Positions 1 through 13,821 of a stretch of 64,000 nucleotides of DNA are shown here, piece by piece. Positions within the stretch are counted from its first letter, which is position 1; every line of letters begins with the position of its first letter. The stretch comes from Amoebidium appalachense (Eukaryota; Protista; Ichthyosporea), in NCBI GenBank assembly GCA_963693365.1, contig CAVNZM010000013.1, forward strand, positions 3,128,722 to 3,192,721, written 5' to 3'. The notes under the pieces were generated by a model, which was given only the letters and a program-made list of their open reading frames with translations, was not told the origin of the DNA and ran no database searches. The translations under genes and the position numbers were made by a program.

Positions 1-55
1 CCCCCCCCCCCCGCCCTCTCTCTCTCTCCCTCTCTCTGTGTGAGTGTGTGCGTGC

Positions 56-100
<45 letters not shown>

Positions 101-212
101 CGTGCGTGTGACATGTGTGTATGTGCCCGCACGGGTGTGCCTGTGTATATGTGCCTGTGTGTGCCTATAAAGACGTGTGTGCTTGTGTTGGTGTGCGTGC
201 ATGTGAGGGCGT

Positions 213-259
<47 letters not shown>

Positions 260-276
260 TAGACCTCACGTTTTGA

Positions 277-768
277 TCAACATCTGAGGGCTGTGCCGAC
301 AGCAAGGAAGAAACTGAAGGCCGTGCCGCTCTGCACCATGGTGCTACCAGTGTAGCGCACAAAGTCCCGTCCACGTGCACCAAGCCTGCACGTGCATGCG
401 TGTGGGTGGGCATGGAAGGGGGTGGAAGGGGGGAGAGGGGAGGGTGGAAGGGAGGGGAGGGGAGGGGGAGGGGAAAGAAAGGGGGAGAAGCAAAGGAGGG
501 GGGGGGGGGGGGGGGGGGGAGGGCATGGTCAGTGACTCTCTGTGAAGGTGTAGGTGTGTCTCGGTGTGGGTGTAATTGTCTGTGTAGTTGTGTGGGTGTC
601 ATTGTTGGTGTAGGCGTGTCGGTGTATGTTGGATGGGTAACGGGTTGAGAGGGTTTGGGTGGCGGTAGTGGTGGTGGTGGTGGTGGTGCCCCCCGGGGGG
701 AGGGGAGGGGGGGGGGGGGGGGGGGAGGGGGGAGGGGGTTGTGTTTATGTTCGTGTTTTTGGGTGTGG

Positions 769-843
<75 letters not shown>

Positions 844-1182
844 TCTTTGTGAATGAGTGTGTGTACATACCATGTATAGATCATAATGTGTGTGTGTGTG
901 TATGTCTGCGCGCGCGCCCCCGTGTCGTGTCTGTGAGTTTTCTCACGCACATATGCGAGTGTATCAGTATGTAATGCTTTGTGCCTGCGTGCTTATGCAT
1001 GTTCGTGCATTACCAAGGGCACATCCCATGTTTTTTTTTGTTTTTTTTTTGGGTAATTTGATGTGCAATAAACACCCAGAAACCAACAAGTGTTATCAGA
1101 TCATCACGAGTATCCCGTAGAGGGAAAGGATAACCCCAGGATTTTAAGAACGATTATTGGCATAACGTGATTTGAAAAATCA

Positions 1183-1225
<43 letters not shown>

Positions 1226-1702
1226 TTCGCGCACAAACCCATCCCGGCGGGCAAAGTTTCCTCTACCCAACACATCCAAATAAAAAAGAAAAAAAGACAG
1301 GAAAGGCCGAAAGGAAAAAGGAAAAATACAAAAATAGCAAGCATCACGCCGGAAGCTCGCGCCTTGTCTCCCCCCCCCCCCCCCCCCCCCCTTCTCCCCC
1401 TCTCTCCAGCACCGCCGCCTAACATCCCGGGGTTCTTGCGTAACCCCCCCCCCTCCCCCCCCCCTGTGCGCGCGGGACAGGGAAGGAGGAGGAGGGGGTT
1501 ATCGTGGAGTACACGAAACGAAGAACAAATATTGTGACGCAATGTGAACATGCAGAAATAAACACACGAAGCATACAACCAAAAGGCGAGCCAATCGGCA
1601 GTGTAGGACGGGATTGCTTGTGTGTGTGTGTGGTGCACAGGGGAGACGGGGGGAGGGGGGGGGGGGTGATGGATGCCACACACCACAATTTCTTTTTTTT
1701 TT

Positions 1703-1744
<42 letters not shown>

Positions 1745-1910
1745 GGGCGGGGAGGGGGGAGGGGGAAGAGGGAGGGGGTAAAAATGTGTAAGAGAGTATG
1801 AGGTACACATTCATAACGTAGAACATCCAGCAGATTTGCAAACCACAAAAAAAGACTACGGGATGGTAGTGGTGATGGTGGGTAGTGGTGGTGGTGGTGG
1901 TGTGTGTGTG

Positions 1911-1968
<58 letters not shown>

Positions 1969-2160
1969 GAGAGAGAGAGAGAAGAGGGGCGGGAAGAGGG
2001 GGTGGGAGGAGGGGACGAGGGGAGGGAGGAGGGGGGGGGGGGGGGTCTCTCACCTGATTGCCGACATTGTGCCGAAGAGGAAGCCGATGCTCAGTCCAAT
2101 GGCTCCGCCCATCACCGCCCCCACCTTGGCCTTCTCAAAGCACTCCCCCATGTTTACACC
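277..2160 (-). CDS. ROMO1: Reactive oxygen species modulator 1 / Mgr2 (TIM23-associated small mitochondrial inner-membrane protein); exons 2160-2054 and 385-277, with a possible ATG micro-exon at 3335-3326
   Basis: The spliced translation (phase 2 join AG|G) is GVNMGECFEKAKVGAVMGGAIGLSIGFLFGTMSAIR-LGARGRDFVRYTGSTMVQSGTAFSFFLAVGTALRC*. This matches the ROMO1 pattern as I recall it (C..K.KMG..MG..G...G.LFG ... QSG..F..F.A.G..IRC). Splice sites are CAG|, |GTGAGA and GCAG|. The gene is absent from the ORF track. Confidence 0.92.
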
Positions 2161-2162
2161 CT

Positions 2163-2195
<33 letters not shown>

Positions 2196-2834
2196 GGGGA
2201 GGGGGAGAGAGGGGGGGGGAGGGAGGGGGGGAGATCGGGAAGTTGTAGGCGTATTGTATTGTGTGATAATAGGTGTGTTAGGGGGTAAAAGGCCCCGCGC
2301 GGGGCCTTTGGGGTGGGGGGGGGGGGGGGGGGGGGGAAGGGGGGGGGGGGGAGGAGGAGGGGGGAGGGGGGGGGGGGGGGGGGGGGGGGGGGCAGATCCA
2401 GGGTTGAACAGGTACAAAAAAAAGACCAGGAGATCTATCAGAAGGTGAAGGTGAGTGTGTGCGTGGTATAGAGAGGAGCAGAAGGAAGGAAAGAACGGCG
2501 AGAAGTAAAAGGAAAAGGCTGTCATGGTTAAGGACTACTAAAGGCTGAGAAACAACGGGGAAGAAGGAAGACGGGAAAAGGGAAACGTTTGGGTAGGGAG
2601 GGCAGGTAGCCCCTGGATATGGGTGGGAGAAGGGGGGGAGGGGTGGGGGGGTAGAGGTGAGGGAGAGAAAGAAGATGCGGAGGAACAGGAGGAAGAGTGA
2701 GAACGAGAGGAAACGTTGTAGAGTGAGAAGGAGAGAGAGTGGGAGGAGGGGGGGGGGAGGGAACAAGAGAGAAAGGGGGAAGGGGGGGACCACAGAGGTA
2801 GAGGGGCGGGGGGGGACCAGAGAGAGAGAAAGAG

Positions 2835-2942
<108 letters not shown>

Positions 2943-2950
2943 AGAGAGAG

Positions 2951-2993
<43 letters not shown>

Positions 2994-3022
2994 AGAGAGA
3001 CAGAGGGAGGGAGGGAGGGAGG

Positions 3023-3085
<63 letters not shown>

Positions 3086-3385
3086 GTAAAGAGAGCTTGA
3101 GGGGGGGGGGGGGGGGGGGGGGGGGGGAGGGAGCGAAGTGGGATACTGAGAGAGAGGGGGAGGTGGGTAGAGAGTAAGAGAGAGGGGGGGGGAAATACAG
3201 AGAGGAAAAGGGGGAGGGGGCGGAGGGAGAAGGGGTGTGGAAGGCAGGGAGGGAGGGAGAGAGAGAGTGATGGAGGGAGGAAGAGGGGGTGGGGTTGGTG
3301 AACGTGTGAGCGAACAAAGCGGCACCATGTTGGGACTGTAAATAAAGATGCTGCATTTCTAACAAATCCCCCCCTCCCCCCCCTC

Positions 3386-3416
<31 letters not shown>

Positions 3417-3556
3417 AAAAAAAAAACACACACAAACACGTACACAAACCACCACCTGCAATACCACCACACGCCCCCGCTCGACCCCTACATTCCCCCC
3501 CATACCCCCTTCCCCCTCCCCACCCCCCCTCCATCTCTCTCCTTTTCTCTCGTCCT

Positions 3557-3722
<166 letters not shown>

Positions 3723-5395
3723 TTTCCCCTCCCTCCCTCTACTCGCACCCCCTCCCCCTCCCCGCCCCCCCCTTTCTATCTCCCTCTCCCTCTCTCTCTC
3801 TCCCCCCTCCCTCCCCCCCCCCCCCCCCCCCCCCCCCCTTCTAACTCTCGCTCTCTCTATCTCTATCTATCTCTTCTTTCCACACCTACCTTCTATGTAG
3901 CGACAGTATCACCTTATCACTGATCGTCGGCCTAACAAAAGGCTAAGTTGGTCACACCGTTCACCGCCACGGTAACACCACCCTGGAAATCTTTGTGCCA
4001 AGAAAGAAACATGTGGCACGAAGATTTTTGTAGCGGTTGCGAATATTACCAAACATAGTTATATGTTGTGAAAGACTATTCGTTTACGCTGCTCCAGCAG
4101 TGGGTGCGAAGCTGACCAATCAGGTGACGATTGTATGGTCAAATTCGATCAGTGACAAAGAGCGAATAAAAACAGGTGGGAATGCTTCTACTTTCACTGA
4201 GCAACCCACTAAATATCAGTATACATGTATGCAAATGTATTTACTTTCTAAAAGAATAGTGGAAAATGAGTTCGATCTTATTTTGATCGGCTCTCTTTAG
4301 AGTCATCAGTATACAGTTGTACGGTACTATGCGTTCGTCCGGTGCACGTGCGTACATTCCTCGCATTCAACCGCTTTAACCGATAAAATGCTCCACATTC
4401 TTTTCGCTAAACTATCGGTGGTGTGCCTTTCGGCGACGTCGGAAAGGTAAGAATACAGACGATGGTTACAATGCTGTGTGATGTTATTCATCTGCAATTA
4501 ATCGATTAGGTAGAGAGGGAGAGCATATTGGCAGCAGAGCATTTGGCAAGGCTTACATGCTGCAAGCCGCACCGTGCCACCACATGTACAGTGGCTATCG
4601 AAAAAAACCTTGACTCCCTAAACCTGACCCAGATCCAACGGAGGATGGAGGGCTATGCATATACCGGGCGGGTATTACCGCCTATAACAGCGAAAAGTTG
4701 ATATCAATTCAGTTTTCTGTATGTACAGCTTGTACAAGTGCTGGAACATGTTGATGTGAGCTTTTAGATATCTAACATATATAATTAAACCGCTCCTTCT
4801 GTGCAATTGTTCTACCAAAACTGTGAGGAAAATGCCAGATAACTCGCGTGACCATCGTCAGCTTCCATGCATGGCCATGGAGTTTAGCGGGTACCTATAT
4901 CCCACCAATTACGCAGCGCGGAATTTCAACATAACATTCCAAATGCATGATATACAACTTTAAAGGAAATTACCATGGTACTAGAAATTATAATATCAGA
5001 TTTTGACGAATCACAATATATTATAATTCACTGCTGATTTGCGCTCTTACCCATTCCTGCATACCTTGTCCGTGCTCAGCATCAAGGGATCCATATAAAA
5101 CCGAATAAACAGCTTCACTCTTCGTTCACATGCACTTCTCACATGTGTCAACACCTACTTAACCATACATGATCTTTTTCTTTCATAAGAACCGCGTACT
5201 TTGAAGTTACTACGCAAGGTCATCTGCTTAAACGTAGGGGGCCTCCCGGCAGAACAGGCTTTGTGGGGCAACGGGGGCATTCGTATCTCCACTAAAGAGT
5301 TCTGTTTACCCGGGTTCGGTATTTCTCTCACCACACGCGTTGTGCCACCACATGATCACTTCAGGTGTACAGTTTAGTAGTTTCAGTCCCTGAAA

Positions 5396-5509
5396 ATGGT
5401 GCGCGCAACAAGGATACGTTTGAAGCGCTGTTGGCTTTACGCCGCGCTGGCAGCCACCAGTCTCCTTTTTGTATACGGTATTGCAGTCGGAAGGTGTGTT
5501 GCTGACTCT

Positions 5510-5556
<47 letters not shown>

Positions 5557-8500
5557 AGTACGCACACACTCTTAACACATGCCACCACAACCACACAACA
5601 CGTACACCGGCGCATACACACACGCACAGACACGTACACACGCATGCACGCACGCATGCTCACGCGCGCGCACACACACACGCACACACACTGGCTCACA
5701 CACGGATGCTCAGTGCTGACCGCTCACTTGTATGTTGTCGTTCTGGCAATTATTTCCGGCCTTGTTTAGGTTTTTTTCTCACCCTCGATATGCACTTTAA
5801 GTTCAAATCTTGAAATGGTCAAACATGGCTACATCTAGCTTTGTGCCCGGTTCCCCACCCACCCAGACACACTAACTGGTCCCCCTCCCACGCACAAGCA
5901 CGAACACACACAGACCTTCATTTGGTCGGTTGAGATCTTCTTGTGCTAAAGAGAGTGTTCTAGCGCCTGCACACCGTTGCACTCAGCAGAACGCACATGT
6001 GAGATGCAAGGACATTAACTGCTAGCTTGGACTGTGTTCTTGCCTTCCCGTATAATCTAAGGAACGTCTTGCCTTTTTATCCTAGAGCACTGCCCGTATT
6101 GTAAGTCGGAATCCAACCCCGTTTCCCCAACTATATGCACGGGCACATATGGGCAGGTGCTAGTGTGGTCGCGCATTTCTCATCTGTACAAATATCTGAC
6201 ACACTTCTCTGTCTTCTTTAGGGAACCAACAGTATCCATCTACATGTGGTCCACACGTGAGGCTGTTCCAGTCCGGCGCCACCTCGACCCCTTCAAAGGG
6301 GACGAGCTATTTGGAAGCATTGAACGAAACGATGACCCATTTGACCCGGTGGGCATGGTAGACCGACACGGAAAGGGTGGCCCAAAACGTCTGTCCCAGC
6401 CCCAAGCTGAAGGTTGGGAGCAAGAGGCAGCGCGCATTGAAAAGGAACTTTCCCAGAAAGATGGTCTCCCTGATGCTGCAAATCAGAAATCTGTTGACTT
6501 GAGAAAACCGGAAAAGGTCGTTCCGTCAAAGGCTGCAGTCGAAGAACAGATGGTCGCACCACCCGCCGCCCCCGTACCAGTCCCAAAATCCGACCCGAAA
6601 CCCGAACCGAAACTCCCCGAGATGGCTAGTGCCGTGGTACCTCCTGCACTGAATGTGCAACCCATCGACACTCATTTGCCCGTTCCCAGTTTGATGAGCG
6701 GTTTGGGCCGGCCGGTGAATCCCGCGGCACTGGTGCAGCTTAGCAACCAGATGGCGCGTGAGCAGCAGGAGAAATTGCTGCGTGACCAAAAGATGCCGAA
6801 GGGCACAGATCCCATGGGCGAGGGGTTGCCGAGCGCAGAGGAAGCCAAGGCGTTTGTCAGGGTGAGTGTTAAACTTGGAATGTGTTGACGATGTGCATGT
6901 GTGTCTGCATGTGTACATGAATGTGCTTAATAGGCCGTGTGTGATGATAAAGGCTGTAGAATATGCCCGAAAATAGATAAAGCTCACCACGAAGGTAGGC
7001 CTGTACGTGGCATTGCATACACTCACGCACGGACTTGCCCCAGCACACACACACACACTGGGGCACCATAGTAGCAGTAGCACGCTGTCGCACACGTGCC
7101 TTGCTTTGCATGTTTTTTTGCACGTGACAGCTCGAACGTGCACGGGCGCACTAATATCCATCTTTATCTATCTATACGCATGTAGTCAAACACCAATATC
7201 AGCGCACACGGTACAACAGAGTGGCTTTGCAACCAATGTAGTTTCTATTCTAACCTTTTTTTTTCTCTTTTACAGGGAATGATGAAGCACGCGTGGAACG
7301 GTTACCGCACCAAAGCGTGGGGTCAGAACGAGGTTCGTCCGGTCAGCGGGGGGGTCGATAACACCCTCTACAACGGAATTTCAATGGGTGCCACCGTTGT
7401 CGACTCGCTCGATACGCTCGTTATTCTGGAATTGGACGAGGAATACAAACAGGCACGCGATTGGATCGCAGAATCGATGAGATTCGATCACGATATTCAT
7501 GTTAGCGCGTTTGAAACGACAATTCGCATGCTCGGAGGTTTGTTGGCGGCGTATGGTTTGACACACGACCCTATGTATGTGATCAAAGCGAAGGATATCG
7601 GCGATCGTCTTTTCAGGACCTTTGATAACAGAATGGTCCCCCTTAACTGGGTTAACCTTAAAACCGGCCAGATGCAGTATGGACCGACGTACACGGCAGA
7701 GATGGGTACCCTTCAGATGGAGTACGAGTACCTGTCGGACGTCACGGGAGACAACAAATACCGCAATTCGGTGTTGAAATTGCGCAATCTCATGTGGGAG
7801 AAAATGGACAAAAACACGTTCATCGTCCCGATCGTCTTCGACGGTACGCACTTTGAAGGGAAGTCGTCCCTTGGGGCCATGGGCGACAGCTACTTCGAGT
7901 ACCTCCTGAAAACGTGGATTCAGGGAGGGAAGGTGGATCCCCTGCAGTGGGAGATGTACGAAAAGGTTTCCAACGGGTTGGTGAAGCACATGTGGGTGGA
8001 CAACGAGAGGCAGGGCGGGTACAGCTATTTCGACACCACGGATAAGCAGATGACGATGGACCACCTCGCGTGTTTTGCCGCCGGGATGTTCTCCCTGGGC
8101 GCGCAGTACCACCCCAACCCGGAGATTCGCAAGCGTGATATGAGAATCGCCGCAGAGGTCACTGAGACGTGCCACGCTTCGTACGACGCTACGCCGTCGA
8201 AACTCGGTCCCGAGGTGATTCGTTTCAACCAAGACGGGAGCATTCTCCAAGGAAATCAACGCGAGTACATCCTTCGGCCCGAAACCGTCGAGGCGTACTT
8301 CTATCTTTGGAGATTTACCCGCGACCCGAAATACCGCCAGTGGGGGTGGGAGGCCGCTCAGGCAATTGAACGAAATTGCAGATCGGAATTTGGGTATGCG
8401 GCCATTGAAGACGTTTATGCACCCGTCGCCCAGAAGAGAGACATGGGCATGCCGTCGTTTTTCCTCGCGGAGACGTTGAAGTACTTGTATTTGTTGTTTT

Positions 8501-8613
8501 CGGACGATGACGCGATGCCGTTGGAGGATTACGTTTTCAACACCGAGGCACACCCGTTCCCCGTTATGCAGAAGAGGAAGAACACGTATAAGAACAAGGT
8601 GTATGTGAAGTAG
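5396..8613 (+). CDS. Class I alpha-1,2-mannosidase (GH47), Golgi/ER type II membrane protein; exons 5396-5493, 6222-6861, 7276-8613 (~691 aa)
   Basis: The catalytic exon has GH47 motifs (HAWNGY, TVVDSLDTL, FETTIRMLGGLL, AEMGTLQME, GAMGDSYFEYLLK, MDHLACF, YILRPETVE, SFFLAETLKYLYLLF, VFNTEAHP). Exon 1 MVRATRIRLKRCWLYAALAATSLLFVYGIAVG gives a basic N-terminus plus signal anchor, and exon 2 is a Pro-rich stem. Intron phases (2, then 0) match at both junctions. Confidence 0.95.
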
Positions 8614-8666
8614 CCGTAGCTATATACTTTCTATTTTTTCTTTTTTTTTATTTCTTTTTTTTTTTT

Positions 8667-8714
<48 letters not shown>

Positions 8715-8875
8715 TGCCTGTAGCGTTATTTTGGTTGTATTTGAGGTTTTGTTGACTGGCTGATTCACCGTAGCTGGCACACTTTGGCGAACTGTGCCAA
8801 ATAATCCTGTTGATTTTAGCTATAGTAACTGTTGTTATCTGAATTTGATAAGCAGGTGGTGCACAAAAATGCACA

Positions 8876-8921
<46 letters not shown>

Positions 8922-8951
8922 GGGGCACATGTTAATACATGCAGAACACAT

Positions 8952-9001
<50 letters not shown>

Positions 9002-9409
9002 ACACACTCGTTACGAATGTCTAAATCTAATCCACTGTTTGCCCGTAGTAGTGTATCGGACATATCTTTGAGTGCAAGCAACAGTATATACATAACAGTT
9101 CAAAGAAAATGCATATGTACATACATCGATGTGATAAACTGAACATTACCGCGTTCTGTTGGAATCGATTGGATAGCAAATGGAATGGACGAATCATCGA
9201 CCGACGAAATACAATTCAACTCAGTGCACGTGTCTCATCAAATATACTGACCACCAGCATGTTTTTCGCTCCCCCTTCTCCCCTCCCCCACCTCCACCAC
9301 CACCACCACACACACACACTCTCCGATCCTGCGACTTCCCCAATGTGTCGCCCAGCCATTGTAAATGTGTTCTTAGAACACACCCTCAATCCCCCCCCCC
9401 CCCCCCCCC

Positions 9410-9460
<51 letters not shown>

Positions 9461-9467
9461 CCCCCCC

Positions 9468-9503
<36 letters not shown>

Positions 9504-9741
9504 AAAAAAAAAAAAAAAAAAAAGTGGGCCACGTAAACAGAACGCACAATGACAGACACAATAGTCATACACTGTCATACATACATGTACGTACGCGTAC
9601 GTACACGTATGCCACTGTGACACATGTAAACACAAAAAAAAACGCACACATCCGTACGCGTGCGGATGGTACACACCAGCACACATCCACACACACACAC
9701 ACACACGCACACACACATACACACACACACTGGCATACAAT

Positions 9742-9805
<64 letters not shown>

Positions 9806-9940
9806 ACACACACACGCATGATGATACTTGGTGACATCAGCATGCAGAAACAACCTGCAGCCAGGAACTTCAGAGGAGTACATACAAGCACATGTAGTAC
9901 TACGTCGAAAGCCCAAAACACACACACCCTCGTACACACA

Positions 9941-10035
<95 letters not shown>

Positions 10036-10534
10036 ACACACCGTGCACACACACACACACACACACACAAACACGCACGCACACACACACACACACACAC
10101 ACAGTGTCACACGTGGCACACACAGGAAACAGAGGAGTACATGCATACAAGCACACACCGGGTAACACTAAGTTGAAATCCCAAAACACACACACACACC
10201 GTGCACGTACATCATCATCTGATTCACAATGATATACACATGCATGCATATGTTTGTGCACTAATATCATGCCATGATAATTGCATGAGGGCACTGAGGT
10301 CATGCATATGGAATGACATTGTGTCTGCCAGCCGTTGTGTTTGGAGGAGGGGAATTACTAAGGGGACTCCGGGGGGGACGGGGGGGGGGGGGGGGAGGGG
10401 GGGAGGGGGGGGGGGGGGGGTTCTATTAGTATTACAACAGTGTTGGTCAAACTTTCAAGGTTTCAAGTAAGATCAGCAGCCGACGTTCGGTCTGACTCTA
10501 AAGGGAAGAAAAGGTCGAATGGTGCCAGTGGAGA

Positions 10535-10573
<39 letters not shown>

Positions 10574-10646
10574 CCATAATGTCAAATTGGGGAGCCGAGT
10601 GGATACGGAAGGGTACATGTGTGTATGTGTGTGTTCTTTTTTTTTT

Positions 10647-10677
<31 letters not shown>

Positions 10678-11625
10678 GGGAGGGAGGGGGGGGGGGGGGG
10701 GGGGGGGAGTCAAAGATGTGCGGCTATTTGACTTGCTTTATTCACGACATTTAACTTAACGGCCATTCTATGCATGCAGTTGCTGTCTGCCAATGAAGCT
10801 TTCAGAGACATATAAAAACGATGTGAAAACATGATTCAATCCCAGCACCGTCCTAAACTAGGATAGGCTGTTTAAGTTTTGCATAGCTTGAAAAATGTGT
10901 GTACACTGACACACATGTGGGATGCCATGAGGTAAGGGATCTTTGGGTTTAAACGGGGAGGGGGGACGGTCCCGGTAGCACTCCCGTTTTTTTTTTAGTG
11001 CGGGGGGAGGACTGTGGGGAAGGGGGGGGAGGGGGGGGGGGGGGGGAGGGGGAGGGGAGGGGGAGGGGAGGGGGGGGGGGGGATATTAGTCGGACCCACC
11101 CACCCCTCCAGCTAGGAGGGCCCGGGAGGAGGCGGAGGGCACCATACTCGCCGCTCCCCTCGCATGCCTTCCCCCCCCCCCCCCCCCTCCCCCGGTCCCG
11201 CCCTCTCCCTTCGCGGGCCTGGGCAGGGCTCGTGCCCCTTCTCCCCACCGCACGCGCACACACCCATAATTTCACACATGCCTGCACACACACGTGCCAC
11301 ACACTGTACGAGGTACACCGCCAGCAATGCCCACCTGATGAACAAGCAGATGAAACTCACCCACACCGCGCACACATTACATTCCCGCCACACAGACTCA
11401 CTTGAACACTGCACGGTGAGCACGATAGCTTGCCCTCAAAATCATAGCTTAGTGATAACTGACCTACGCACACACACACGCACGTGTATACACAACACCG
11501 CCATCGATCCACCACCGCGACACACACACACAACACGCTGCAGACAAACACGCTCGCACACACATAAACACGTGCATGTGCACGTGCGTGCACACACACA
11601 CACACACACATACACACACACACGT

Positions 11626-11670
<45 letters not shown>

Positions 11671-12096
11671 GCTGACACACACACACACACACTGACACGG
11701 ACACACACACACACAAATTTGCGTGCGCACGCGCACACACACTAACACACACACACAGAGAGAGAGAGAGAGACACACACAATCTGACACGGACACACAC
11801 ACACAAATACCGGGTCGGCCAATATACATCGACCTTTGAGCCCCAAATCATTTTTGATTGCCAATCCGTTTACTCGTGACCTGAAGTTGACGCGGCAGGT
11901 ATGGATAATCATGTATTGATGATGCCATGAATCTCACTACATAGTATATTTACAACATATTGCCAATCCAGGGTTGGCAAATTCAGATAGTATAAACATT
12001 CATTCCTCTGTTATAACTCCTGTAATCACTATCCAAAAACTGGCCTACTAGGGAAAAACCAAGCTGCAAAACCCCTATACCGCTCTGAGACTCTAA

Positions 12097-13270
12097 CTAA
12101 CATTCAAAGCTTATTGGTGCCCCTTTTGTCCCATTTTCTACGTTAGTAACAGCGGAAGATATGGACTTACTCGACCAACTAGCCTTCACAGTAGGACCAA
12201 CACTCCCACTTTCCAATACCGGGATATCGATATTTGCATCTCCTAGCCCCACGCGTCTCTCACTCACTAGATGGTACGCCCACATACCGTAAAACACAAC
12301 CGCCTGTAAGGTGGCCAGAATAAGAGACCCTACGGATACGCTGCGTGGAAAGCTAGGGTTCGACCTTATGGTGAACAATACTATGTGGAAAAGGGTGACA
12401 AATGAAAGCATCCAAAAGCATGAGTGTAGTTGAAGCAAAGGCTGATCCGCGGGCCAAATCATTCTCTTCAGGCGCGGATACAACACAAGCGAAATGAGAA
12501 GATCGAGAACTAAAATTAGAACGACCGAACAGTTTAGAAAGTTGTCAGTCCCGAGTATAAGCGAATCAAACGTGTCCTTTCCAGACTTTCTCTGCATGCA
12601 ATTAGCGACAGAAACCATGAATGAAAGAACAAACTGCAATGCATAGGTGGCAAACACATACACCAGAGTCAGCCAGTTCAAATCCATTGGGTTTGGCGAC
12701 GGATCCATCCACCTCGGGGGGCAAAGTTGCGGCCTGCCCACAACCAATAGAAACAGTCGTACGTTGGCCGTGTTCCAGGGTCCCAAAACACACGGCACAC
12801 CGAGACAAAGGATAAATGTGAACGTGATATCCAGCCATTCGGGCGGCTCTACGGGGGGCATCTTGTCGAAATATATGGAGAAATACCCCTCGCGAAAACA
12901 GAACACATTCAGCATCAGCCCGGTGGCAATAAGACACGGCCTGGACATGGCGTGGGGCCAAGGTCTCGGTCGTGCGTATTGATAGCTCAGTAACACCGTG
13001 CACACAAGAGCCAGTAACTGCACGCCGCATAATGAAAATGCGCTCAACGCCACCCAATCCAACAACGTGTTTGTGTCGTTTCCGTACGTAGTCGCGATGC
13101 TGATGTCGTAGCCGGGGATGATGCTAAAGTTTGGCTCCATTCCATCTTTCCCTGTCATACGAACAAGAGCAACGTAGTAGAGTGCCACCATGATCACCGG
13201 CACAAACAGGGAAAAAAGGAACTTGACCGGGGTGCAGCGCACGAATGGTTGTGGCCGCTTCGGTGTTTGC
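12097..13270 (-). CDS. Orphan multi-pass membrane protein (~7-8 hydrophobic segments, GPCR-like topology); long single coding exon, 5' end uncertain
   Basis: A 381-aa open frame in non-repetitive DNA has repeated ~20-aa hydrophobic stretches and a Ser-rich C-tail. It is preceded by a branch/acceptor-like CTGAC...CACAG at 13271. No family-defining motif was recognised. Confidence 0.75.
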
Positions 13271-13486
13271 CTGTGGTTGGACAGGAACGGAAAATGTCAG
13301 TTAAACGGAAGGATAGGATAATGTGATGCGACACGTGTGCGTGTATGTGCCATTTGCATGCACAAGAGAGTAAGCGGAAAATCTTTGTGAGCTGGGTGTG
13401 TGTGTGCGCGATGGGCACGTGCATGCCCTGTCTGTGCACAGTGTTCTCGCTATTTGTGTGTGTGATTTTGCCGTGTGTGTGTGTGT

Positions 13487-13553
<67 letters not shown>

Positions 13554-13562
13554 CGTGTGTGT

Positions 13563-13619
<57 letters not shown>

Positions 13620-13786
13620 TGTGTGTTTGTATATGTGTGTGTGTATTTCACAGTCAAAGAAGCCTGGGAGAAGGAACCCTTGGAAGGGAGGGAGAGGGGG
13701 GCGAGGGAGAGGGGTAGCTGACTACAGCTACGAAGGACTGGCAACAAGAAAAAGGGGGGGGGGGGGGGGGGGGAAGGGGGAAAAAA

Positions 13787-13821
<35 letters not shown>

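Noticed and set aside
2288-2309. 22-bp perfect palindrome AAAGGCCCCGCGCGGGGCCTTT as a Helitron 3' hairpin
   Set aside because: No CTRR terminus lies at the expected distance, and it is an isolated occurrence.
7381-8553. 390-aa minus-strand ORF
   Set aside because: It is the antisense shadow of the mannosidase exon.
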